From Candidatus Nanoarchaeia archaeon (GTDB lineage: Archaea; Nanobdellota; Nanobdellia; Woesearchaeales; UBA583): DNA of 63,640 nt. The stretch is taken from assembly GCA_050292425.1 (NCBI GenBank), contig JBNKLP010000005.1, forward strand, positions 1 to 63,640, written 5' to 3'. Below, piece after piece: positions 17,401-23,983 of the stretch. Under the pieces are notes generated by a model. It was given only the letters and a program-made list of their open reading frames with translations. It had not been told where the DNA came from and made no database searches. Positions within the stretch are counted from its first letter, which is position 1, and every line of letters begins with the position of its first letter. A program made the position numbers and the translations under genes.

Positions 17401-17944
17401 ACACACTAATAGATTCAGGAGAAGTCTTTGGTGAAATCTCAAAATAATAAAATTCTGGATCATATGAATCAGTATCAATAAAACCATTTACATTTAAAGT
17501 TCCATTCTTAATATAATACTTATCCTTCAAATGAACATCATAAACTGCTTTTGGTTGTTCCAAACTAAATTCCAACTCCTTCTTATAATAAGTATTCTTG
17601 TTCTTTGCAGTAATTAGAATACTATAATCATCAAAAAATACTTTCTTCAAAGGCACATAAACACTACAACTTTTCTCACAAGAAACTTCCTTTTCAGAAA
17701 CAACCAAACTATCCTGAGCATAAATGATTTCAATATCAAACTCTTGCTCTCCTCCAAAATCATTGTCAATCATAAGATGAACTCCATAATCTGAATTCTC
17801 CTGCACACCTGAACTCACAACATAAGCATCAAAAAATCCTGTTGATGAAGTATATCTTATTGCATCCACATTAACACTAAAAAACAAAATAGCAAAAACT
17901 AAAAACACTCCAAAAACAAACATATTCTTAGTAATTTTTGCCAT
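11477..17944 (-). CDS. Giant secreted surface protein (about 2155 aa) with four MAM-like domains in ~390-aa super-repeats
   Basis: Signal peptide MAKITKNMFVFGVFLVFAILFFSVNVDA from ATG 17944 (the listed TTG at 17965 is less likely). Four copies of FE..G..W......DW......TPS..TGP..DHT.G...GWY.Y.E.S......A.L.SP.F......F.FWYHM.G...G.L.V......W..LW...G.QG..W........SDIA[VI]DDL. Confidence 0.85.
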   Translation of the reverse strand: MAKITKNMFVFGVFLVFAILFFSVNVDAIRYTSSTGFFDAYVVSSGVQENSDYGVHLMIDNDFGGEQEFDIEIIYAQDSLVVSEKEVSCEKSCSVYVPLKKVFFDDYSILITAKNKNTYYKKELEFSLEQPKAVYDVHLKDKYYIKNGTLNVNGFIDTDSYDPEFYYFEISPKTSPESISVFDVTCIGSCQFSFVVDREILLDTYEVRVYSESGDLFKEFEAIFYDGTQIDSNDFADYESSFDFEDMFFEIIKENRIRNDGGVFDFESYFQKRSNLNKVPEGIENYYFFSRKFCEDSEFEIEDVGKCEFGNLYISKRVEDIRTVSFKEVPRSIVIGEEFEFEIEVIDEDFLNYIILPKGFEFVDDKKNKFEDKKEEHNRNEKRNIKLRGIIYDANENIVIRDIFGFENKFDLNVLKSVEVSDYENNLGVEIKGFSKSKSKLNVVNVTVAKENVRLKFDDLDVRSFSKMEVLDSGISSDEGSGILTPILNVEALNFSKTAIILSKSSDLRIGSILTCSDFVNGSCVTFWQDSGFGFEQNDTHVWFEVTHFSAYMGVGPGYVFNDDFDDYSDLLIEKNSADTVLLNVSCDNTGNCGAIDVSLGRNFIYDYLEDLEVGFGNWTADGGSCTWVRDQGGTPSANTGPTIDNTLGTATGWYAYVEASGNACQGADTQAVLTSSVFSAGVETTNVSFWYHMIGTALGTLHLDVFDGSSWINDVWSVTGAQQATQTDPYLQAAVDLSSYSGDIQVRIRYDGVTGWSADAAIDDLRIYANGKQILNSSSSPLWIMGDAMLSVNLNQGQSQLVSFNVNATGNVGDTIPIFSMAKAQSDYTIASKSNDKHIIIADLQPPSGSKNSPINGSSFTVNNMSFSASANDNFGLDSAKLWVWNLDGSFYDSKILDLGGAISSLFNMDYNFSMAGDYMWNIEVNDTFGNSVFLGSNWTLTVIFPYLTLEYVNGFSDPFYVDGTQNGQIFVNISCHIGNCGSVDVSLLSEQLVTTYNYFEDFETGTLGSWTNTAIGDQQDWTLDQGGTPSAGTGPSVDHTLGSATGWYTYFETSNPVANGDQAYLVSPVFSSSGTVVFDFWYHMLGPDLGTLQVEFLNGSVWSTLWSISGDQGDVWYNRVVSFDYNGNTQLRFIGERGTNWGSDIAVDDLNISVVEYQFLDFPTTSSIPFWSNSSIPQTINLNVNESIVVSFNVNATGSLYESIRSYASSDINSGLGSGAAGSVFNFTISDLQVPSGVKISPVNGSSFNFNNLSFSTSATDNMGLDSAKLWIWTSEGVYYDSVVMDLQGNISSIFSIDYNFSMAGDYLWNIEINDTFGNDVFLGNNWSLTVIFPYLTIDYVGNVSSPFYINQYNFRPLQVNVSCHVGNCGLVNVTLLYEELTQTYVYFEDFETGTLGSWTNTAIGDQQDWTLNQGPTGSAGTGPSVDHTLGSATGWYTYFETSNPVANGDQAYFLSPIFSSSGTVNFYFWYHMFGPDLGSIYVDFNDGSSWYNLWNLSLDQGDIWYNNSFNFDFSGNGQFRIVGERGTNWGSDIAVDDLNISVWENIFYVMNNSADSPFWTNTTNSNTVNLNINESVVVTFYINATGNVLDSFSAFVSSDINSGLGSGVDTSQINLTIAEVVPPTGYKIFPISGTFFSTSQVNFVANVSDNNELGFAKLYVWDENMNLDGTKTIDLSGLSTSLLNFTYNFRKNGNYSWNVYVEDMVENSYWLDNGVNWSVDVVFPNIVVDFLGSEPTIDVYQNQLVNVSFNVSCEGGDCGLVNVSFYLYDYISYFEDLELGFGQWSIDGGSCDWIRDQGGTPSTGTGPTIDNTLKTAFGWYGYVEASGNACQGADTSAILTGPTFSNDKENAGFDFWYHMFGTNVGTLHLDVFDGSSWVNDVWSRTGQQQTLQTDPYLNTYINLSSYIGDIATRIRYDGVTGWSADAAVDDLNLTYFGRVLVNDSSTVPMWVTNTNLRQVSLNNGESTVVTFTVNGTGEIDSEYLVAGYAVSNLNPNVNGLSLDKTLRILEELFESRKLRFDRSIVKFGEGLFGVSLSLRNLGEYQSPINSGLFVYAFVSDEFNLSSGFTFSTSSRYSTLNESIDLVDVGGVNGTLHQFNISSLILDEGVLLNYSGEWNSSNMWDVNFNLSSLGEFDYNNMILTGFDPLERKK
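12134..16126 (-). repeat. Four tandem ~1167-1170-nt coding super-repeats (SC-x3-5-C sandwich / MAM / Ig-like / Big-like modules)
   Basis: MAM-like segments lie at about 15638-16126, 14477-14950, 13310-13783 and 12134-12622. The inner two copies are near-identical at nucleotide level with an offset of exactly 1167 nt (cctgctg at 14881 vs 13714). Confidence 0.85.
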
Positions 17945-17971
17945 TTTAAGTTGTATTAAATACAACTTAAA
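17945..17971 (-). promoter_or_regulatory. 27-nt perfect palindrome (13-bp arms, 1-nt centre) abutting the giant gene's ATG
   Basis: tttaagttgtatt-a-aatacaacttaaa, read directly. The ATG occupies 17942-17944. A TATA-like ATTATATAAAT lies about 40 nt upstream. Confidence 0.6.
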
Positions 17972-18048
17972 GGAATCATTTATATAATATTTATCAGTTC
18001 AAAAAAAAAGTGACATCCCAGCCATACAAAATAAAACCTAAAACAAGT

Positions 18049-18405
18049 TTATATCATTTGTGATAATTTATCAATCAGATCATCCATATCTTCATACTCA
18101 ATAAATTCATCTGAAACTACTTTCAAAGAACTTGAAAACTTGCTTACAGTCTTATAAATGAAAATAACTCTCTTTTCAAACATTTCAGCCCAACCAAGTT
18201 CAATTCCTTGTCCAGTCGAACAAAAAGAAACCTCTGCTAAAATCAAATCAGAATCTCTAATTATCTCTTTAGAATTAATAAATTGTCCTTCAATTTCATG
18301 AGGCAAAATTATTTCATTTTCTTCATTTAACTTAGAATTCCTAAGTGGCAAATAAAGCTCATTTTTAAAATCAAAACTACTTGAATGACAAACATAAATT
18401 TTCAT
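18049..18405 (-). CDS. Nucleoside 2-deoxyribosyltransferase-like protein
   Basis: MKIYVCHS..., SDLILAEVSFCSTGQGIELGWAEMFEKRVIFIY resembles the NDT-superfamily core (D..A......G...E.G.A). ATG at 18405. The listed TTG is at 18426. Confidence 0.4.
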   Translation of the reverse strand: MKIYVCHSSSFDFKNELYLPLRNSKLNEENEIILPHEIEGQFINSKEIIRDSDLILAEVSFCSTGQGIELGWAEMFEKRVIFIYKTVSKFSSSLKVVSDEFIEYEDMDDLIDKLSQMI

Positions 18406-18567
18406 AATTATATCTAAAAATAACAATTAATAAACTTTACTATTAAAACCAAATTTGAAGATTTTTCTTTAATTTGAGGCATTTTATTTCGTAGGCGTAG
18501 CAGCGCTATGGTAGAAATGAAATAACAAAAAAGTAAAGAAAAAGAACAAATTTAAAAATTTAGTTCT

Positions 18568-20385
18568 TTAGAAAAGAACTAACAACAAACCAACAGCAGC
18601 AGCAATACCTACCAAGAAGTATTCAACCTTAGCTGAAAGCACACCATAAACTGAATCAACAGTAAGAGCTTTTGTAGCTCCATATTCTCCAACATTCAAA
18701 GGATCGACACCAGTTAGGAATAAGTCTTCAAAATCGAACTCTCCTGATCCTGATACATTATATTCAACAGTCCAAGTATTATTTACATTCTCAGCACCAC
18801 CCCAAGCATCTAAAGATGAATTAAATGGATTACTGTTTCCTATAATTCCAAACTGATGCATTGTACCATTATAAGTAGGATCATTCAAAGCTTGTGATGC
18901 ATTTGTTGTATTATACCAAGTTGAACTTGAAAACACAAAAGGACTTGTCAAACTAAATGTATTAGGTATGAAATTATAAACCATAATTGCCTGATCAGAT
19001 GGTGTTGGTGATGTTCCAAGGTTTGAAACCTTAATGAAAACACTATAATTTCCTTCTGCAAGTCTTGTAATATTTCTTGTAATCTTAATCCAGTAACCAG
19101 TAGCAAGATAAAGCTCTTTCACATAAACTGAATTATTTCCATAAGTAACACTTCTGTTAGTCAACTGAAGCCCATCATTAATAATATAACTATTCATATC
19201 CATCCAAACAATAGGTGATGCACTAAATGTATAATTAAATATCCATTCATTTCCTACATTATCCCAAGTTCCTGTTGATGAATTAATAATCATATTTGCA
19301 GGATATGAAGTATTTAAAGAACTTCCAGAAATTGAATCATTATCAATTGAAGAAGGATTTGTAGATCCTGCATTTCTAACACTCACCCAAAAACTCACCT
19401 GAGTCAAATTAACATCCACATTTGAAGGATTTGAAACATTTCCTGTAATAATCCAAGTTGCATTATCTCCTGTTAAAGTATTATTCATATATTTCTCAAA
19501 ACTAAGCTCCAAATCTAAAAGAGCATCAATGTCTGTTAGTGCAACTCTTGAAACTGTTGTATTAATAGCATAAGTAATTGTTGAATTAATCATCTGATAT
19601 GTATTTGCCACAGTAACTCCTGAAGGCGTATTTACATCGTATGAAATATCTGTAACATTTCCTGAATTAAAACAACTTCCTCCCCACAAATTCCAATTAA
19701 TTGTTCTATTATCAGCAGTAAAAGTTGCATTAGCTGCATCAGCTCCTGCCATAGTTGAATTATCATAAGTAAAATTAAAATATGAACCACTCACATTAAT
19801 TGTCAAAGCATTCTGAACAACATTAATATTGTAAATACAATTCACAGGATATGTAGTGGAGTTCATTGTATTTTGAACATTATCAGTCACAGTAATTGGA
19901 AGTCCTGCAAATATTTTTGTATCACTATACCCTGTTGTGAAATTCAACGGAGGAGCTACGTTTGTAGTATTAACATTATAAGTAAATGTTGTATTCAAAC
20001 CTGCACCCAAATCAGGAATAGTCAAAACTGCATAATCCCCAGTTACATTAACCAAAGTAACATAACCTTGTGCTCCTGCTGAAAAAGCAAGACCATAAAT
20101 ATCAGCAATTGGACTAATTGTCAAAACCAGATTCTCAACTGATTCGCTCGCATGAGTATTATCAACAAAAATTTGTCCACTAACTGTGTACAAAGATCTA
20201 TTCTCATTAGCATCCACATACAAACCTCCTCCAGCAGAAAGAGGGTCATAAGTTACAACTTCATTAACATATTCACTAAACTGAACATCAACAATATTCG
20301 CAGCAGCATTAACACATGCAACTGCAGACATCATAACCAGCATAGCAAGTAATAGTTTTTTTAGTGCACCAAAAACATATACCAT
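18568..20385 (-). CDS. Sequon-dense surface (S-layer-like) glycoprotein candidate with a C-terminal TM anchor
   Basis: Signal peptide (LLLAMLVMMSAVACVNA). About 32 N-x-S/T sequons by eye in 605 aa. The C-terminal VGIAAAVGLLLVLF helix ends the protein. Confidence 0.6.
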   Translation of the reverse strand: MVYVFGALKKLLLAMLVMMSAVACVNAAANIVDVQFSEYVNEVVTYDPLSAGGGLYVDANENRSLYTVSGQIFVDNTHASESVENLVLTISPIADIYGLAFSAGAQGYVTLVNVTGDYAVLTIPDLGAGLNTTFTYNVNTTNVAPPLNFTTGYSDTKIFAGLPITVTDNVQNTMNSTTYPVNCIYNINVVQNALTINVSGSYFNFTYDNSTMAGADAANATFTADNRTINWNLWGGSCFNSGNVTDISYDVNTPSGVTVANTYQMINSTITYAINTTVSRVALTDIDALLDLELSFEKYMNNTLTGDNATWIITGNVSNPSNVDVNLTQVSFWVSVRNAGSTNPSSIDNDSISGSSLNTSYPANMIINSSTGTWDNVGNEWIFNYTFSASPIVWMDMNSYIINDGLQLTNRSVTYGNNSVYVKELYLATGYWIKITRNITRLAEGNYSVFIKVSNLGTSPTPSDQAIMVYNFIPNTFSLTSPFVFSSSTWYNTTNASQALNDPTYNGTMHQFGIIGNSNPFNSSLDAWGGAENVNNTWTVEYNVSGSGEFDFEDLFLTGVDPLNVGEYGATKALTVDSVYGVLSAKVEYFLVGIAAAVGLLLVLF

Positions 20386-20440
20386 AAAGAAATTCGACTT
20401 AAAAGAATATTTAAATTATATTCACCCCTTCAAAGTAGTC

Positions 20441-20884
20441 TCACTCTAATTGGTGAATTTTCTCAATTCTCCTCTGATGTCTTTCAATCCCACTAAATTT
20501 TTCCATCAAAAAAGTACTTACAATATCTTTGTATTTAGAATGATCAAACTCCCTTGCTCTAAGTGTCAAAACATTGGCATCATTATCATACCTTGCCATC
20601 TTTGCAGAATATTCATCATATGCAAAAGCTGCTCTAATTCCCTCAATCTTATTGGCAGCAATTTGCATTCCAGTCCCACTCCCACAAATCAAAATTCCAA
20701 AACTCCCATTATGTTTCATAACCTCATCGCAAACAAGCTTTGCATAAACAGGATAATCTACCTTGTCAGTAGGACTATGTGTTCCTAAATCAACTACCTC
20801 TAAACCTAGTGAAGCAAGTATTCCAGTAACTTCTCCTTTAGCTTCAAAACCTGCCCTGTCTGAACCTATGAAAACTTTTGCCAT
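20441..20884 (-). CDS. rpiB: Ribose-5-phosphate isomerase B
   Basis: IGSDRAGFEAK, ICGSGTGMQIAANK, NDANVLTLRAR motifs. 147 aa. Confidence 0.9.
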   Translation of the reverse strand: MAKVFIGSDRAGFEAKGEVTGILASLGLEVVDLGTHSPTDKVDYPVYAKLVCDEVMKHNGSFGILICGSGTGMQIAANKIEGIRAAFAYDEYSAKMARYDNDANVLTLRAREFDHSKYKDIVSTFLMEKFSGIERHQRRIEKIHQLE

Positions 20885-20933
20885 AACAACAAATCAGAAA
20901 AACTATAAATAAACTTAATTCATCATTTCAAAA

Positions 20934-21521
20934 TTAAGAATTAATATTGGTTGATGAAATAAATAAAACATCATCTTCATCAAAACCCTCTGGAAGAAGA
21001 AACATATTATAACCTCTACTATATGAGGGATATCTTCTCTCAAGTAATCTCATAAGAAGAAGAAACTCATTGGGCTTATTCCTTTCAATTCTTATCTGTT
21101 CATATGCAATATCCACACCATTAAGTTCTTCAGAAATAATTTTTGCAATTCCTCCATTTTGTGAACCTATAACTCTACCCTTCTGAGTTAAAAAACCGTC
21201 CTTTAATAAATTTCCATCTTGATAAGCTTGAAAATAAAGCAAAAGATCTTTTCTAATTCCAGCAACAACAAAAGATTCATTTAATCTCTTAGCACTTTCA
21301 ATTTCATCATAAACTAAATCTTCCCACCTCATATAAAAAATTTCATTCAAAGTTTCATCAGAAGGAACATTAGAAAACAAATTAATATGTGTTCTATAAG
21401 GAGAAAAACCCATTTTTGGCCCCTCAACTGTCATTAAAGGCAAACCATGCTCAACCCTATCATTTTTCACATCAGTTGCAATAAGCATACTTCCTAATCC
21501 TCTTTCACAAACAAAAACCAT
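20934..21521 (-). CDS. Hypothetical protein (195 aa) embedded in the PPP cluster
   Basis: ORF with an ATG start, same strand as neighbours. No motif recognised. Confidence 0.5.
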   Translation of the reverse strand: MVFVCERGLGSMLIATDVKNDRVEHGLPLMTVEGPKMGFSPYRTHINLFSNVPSDETLNEIFYMRWEDLVYDEIESAKRLNESFVVAGIRKDLLLYFQAYQDGNLLKDGFLTQKGRVIGSQNGGIAKIISEELNGVDIAYEQIRIERNKPNEFLLLMRLLERRYPSYSRGYNMFLLPEGFDEDDVLFISSTNINS

Positions 21522-21580
21522 AAATGCAAAAATAATTTCTATTATATAAACCTAAGCAAAAAAGAATTAAGATAAAATCT

Positions 21581-22537
21581 TCACTCAACTATAACCTTCA
21601 AACCTTTCCCGAACTTTGTTGATGAAAGCTCTGCAATGAATTTGCCAATATTTTTCTTGAAATACTGTGGCTTTCCTGCTACAATATTTCCTATCACATA
21701 ATAACCTATTGCCATAATAGTTGCAATTCCAGCATCTTTTGGAAGTGGAACCTTGAACACATCTCCATGAAATATAAAATCTTGACCCTCTCCAAATTGA
21801 ATACAAAGCTCTTTCTCATATGGAACAACTGTAATTGCATGTTTCAATTCCTCAAACGTCTTAACATCTCTTGCAACTCTTCTTGCAAAAAGTTCAATAA
21901 ACTTAACCTCAAACAAAGTATTTCCTCTCTCAAAACTATCAGGAGTCACAAGTAAATATCCATTGTAATTTGCAATAGAATTTGGAATCTTAGGCTTTAC
22001 TTTTGTCTTAATAAACTCTAAAATTTTATCAGGATTTTCTCTAGTATTTGCCAAAATCCAACCCATGTAAGTTGAAGTATTATAAGTGTAAGGTTCTCTA
22101 TTTCTTGCAGTCACGACTGTATTCTTCTCTCCAACAACTTTACCCGCTGACGAATCAGGATTGCAAGTCACAAGTGTTGTTTTAATTTTCTTTGAGAGAA
22201 AATATTTTGCAGCAATAGGTGCATGCTTCTCTCCTGAGGCACTAAAAATAATAGCACCATCAATTCCCTTTCTCTTTACAACTTCTTTGAAATTAGTTTC
22301 ATCAGCAAAAACAGCCTCACTGTTTCCAAACAATATATTTCCTGTAACTTTTGCATTTCCAGAACCAAAAACAATAGGTTTTTTATACTTTGGAATCTTC
22401 ACTTTAGGAAGTCCTTCCTTTGAAAAAAGTTCCAATGCACCAAGAACTGTAGTAGTCAAATCAGGCAAATTCTTTTCAGTAAATGTCTCCATAACCTTAA
22501 GATTTGGATAATTTTTATTTTTATTTTTAATAACCAT
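21581..22537 (-). CDS. SIS-domain sugar-phosphate isomerase-like protein (possibly archaeal PGI/PMI family)
   Basis: FGSGNAKVTGNIL and IIFSASGEKHAPIAAKYFLSKKIKTTLVTCNPDSSAGKV match the SIS pattern (GxGxS ... S-x-SG-x-T ... iT). FEELKHAITVV is reminiscent of the PGI/PMI E..HN motif. Confidence 0.45.
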   Translation of the reverse strand: MVIKNKNKNYPNLKVMETFTEKNLPDLTTTVLGALELFSKEGLPKVKIPKYKKPIVFGSGNAKVTGNILFGNSEAVFADETNFKEVVKRKGIDGAIIFSASGEKHAPIAAKYFLSKKIKTTLVTCNPDSSAGKVVGEKNTVVTARNREPYTYNTSTYMGWILANTRENPDKILEFIKTKVKPKIPNSIANYNGYLLVTPDSFERGNTLFEVKFIELFARRVARDVKTFEELKHAITVVPYEKELCIQFGEGQDFIFHGDVFKVPLPKDAGIATIMAIGYYVIGNIVAGKPQYFKKNIGKFIAELSSTKFGKGLKVIVE

Positions 22538-22539
22538 TT

Positions 22540-22836
22540 TTATTTTTTAAATAATCGAATATATAATTTTTCAATTCCAAAACCAATGAAATAAAAAATT
22601 ATTAAATTAACAATAACCAATATCGCATACCATAAATAAACAACAATTGTAGAACTTGCAAATCTTCCTAAACTTAAACCTATGGCAATCCAGTTTAGAA
22701 TTGGAAGAGCCATAATCATTCCACAATAATCTCCATAACAAGTTAAAGCATCAAAAATAGAATAAAGAACAACTAATAAATAAATAACTCCCATTCCAAT
22801 TCCCGCATTTGAGATACTTAACTTGTATAATTTCAT
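22540..22836 (-). CDS. Small three-TM membrane protein (98 aa)
   Basis: Three hydrophobic segments. The start codon directly abuts the tal stop. Its stop lies 2 nt before the SIS-like gene. Confidence 0.5.
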   Translation of the reverse strand: MKLYKLSISNAGIGMGVIYLLVVLYSIFDALTCYGDYCGMIMALPILNWIAIGLSLGRFASSTIVVYLWYAILVIVNLIIFYFIGFGIEKLYIRLFKK

Positions 22837-23523
22837 TTATCTATTGTGTTTATGCAACTCCTCCTGATATGCATTCCAGTCTTTCTCAAACTGAGCCATC
22901 CCCTTATCTGTTAATGGATTGTAATATAACTTTTGAAAAACCTTGTAAGGCATAGTTGCAATATCTGCTCCTATTTGACTACACTCTGTAACATGAGATG
23001 AGGATCTTATACTTGCTGCCAAAATATTAGTCTTAAAACCATACCTATCAAACAAAGCTCTAATATCTCTTACAAGTTCAAGTCCATCCCAACCTTCATC
23101 ATCAACTCTTCCTACAAAAGGACTCACACACCAAGCACCTGCCTTTGCAGCAAGAAGAGCTTGATTAGGTGAAAAACACAAAGTAACATTACATCTTATA
23201 CTCTCTGATGCCATAATGCTAACTGCTTTCAAACCCTCAACTGTCAAAGGAACCTTCACTAAAATATGCTTGTCCATCTTTGCTAGTTTTCTTCCCTGCT
23301 CAACCATTCTCTCTGCAGAATCTGTACTTGTTACCTCTGCACTCACAGTAAAATTATCATTTCCTGTCTTCTTAAACAAAGAAACAATCTCTTTAATCTC
23401 TGTTTTGAAATCTCTACCCTCCTTAGCAATAAGCGTTGGATTCGTAGTTACTCCATCAAGAAGTCTTGTTGCAATTCCTTCTCGAATTTCTTCAACATTA
23501 CCTGTATCTAAATATATTTTCAT
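22837..23523 (-). CDS. tal: Transaldolase (short TalC/FSA type)
   Basis: MKIYLDTGNVEEI, TTNPTLIAKEG, ILVKVPLT (Schiff-base Lys context). I chose the start at ATG 23523 rather than the listed 23592. Confidence 0.9.
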   Translation of the reverse strand: MKIYLDTGNVEEIREGIATRLLDGVTTNPTLIAKEGRDFKTEIKEIVSLFKKTGNDNFTVSAEVTSTDSAERMVEQGRKLAKMDKHILVKVPLTVEGLKAVSIMASESIRCNVTLCFSPNQALLAAKAGAWCVSPFVGRVDDEGWDGLELVRDIRALFDRYGFKTNILAASIRSSSHVTECSQIGADIATMPYKVFQKLYYNPLTDKGMAQFEKDWNAYQEELHKHNR

Positions 23524-23621
23524 ACCTGTTTTGAAAAAAAATTCTTTATATACATTTGTTATTATAAAACAGAGAAAAAAGAAACCAAACATTTAAAATT
23601 ATAAAAAACCATAAACATATT

Positions 23622-23975
23622 ATGAGATGGTTTCTAAGATCCAAAATTCACAATGCAACCGTAACTGAGGCAAACTTGAAATATATTGGAAGTATTACCA
23701 TTGACAAGAATTTAATGGAAAAATCAGAACTTCTTCCTGGAGAAAAAGTTTTAATTGTTGACAATACAAATGGTGCTAGACTTGAAACTTATGTTATTGA
23801 AGGAAAAGAAAACTCAGGAACAATTTGCATGAATGGAGCTGCTGCCCATTTAATAAAAAAAGGAGATGAAATCATCATAATGGGTTTTGAACTATCAGAC
23901 AAACCCATTAAACCAAAAAGCATACTTGTTGATAAGAAAAACAAATTTGTAAAATATTTAAAAGACAAATATTAA
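23622..23975 (+). CDS. panD: Aspartate 1-decarboxylase (pyruvoyl type)
   Basis: [28 protein letters not shown] contains the G-S self-cleavage site. 117 aa. Confidence 0.9.
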   Translation: MRWFLRSKIHNATVTEANLKYIGSITIDKNLMEKSELLPGEKVLIVDNTNGARLETYVIEGKENSGTICMNGAAAHLIKKGDEIIIMGFELSDKPIKPKSILVDKKNKFVKYLKDKY

Positions 23976-23983
23976 ATTCCAAA

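Noticed and set aside
18489-18512. A GC-rich patch, cgtaggcgtagcagcgctatggta, in an otherwise AT-rich spacer. It was considered as a tRNA fragment or small RNA.
   Set aside because: I could not fold a cloverleaf or any stem longer than 4-5 bp (TAGC-AGC-GCTA). It is too short to call.
22540-22836. The 98-aa three-TM protein next to tal was considered as a SemiSWEET sugar transporter.
   Set aside because: It has no PQ-loop-type motif or other SemiSWEET signature that I can recognise. Only the size and TM count fit.
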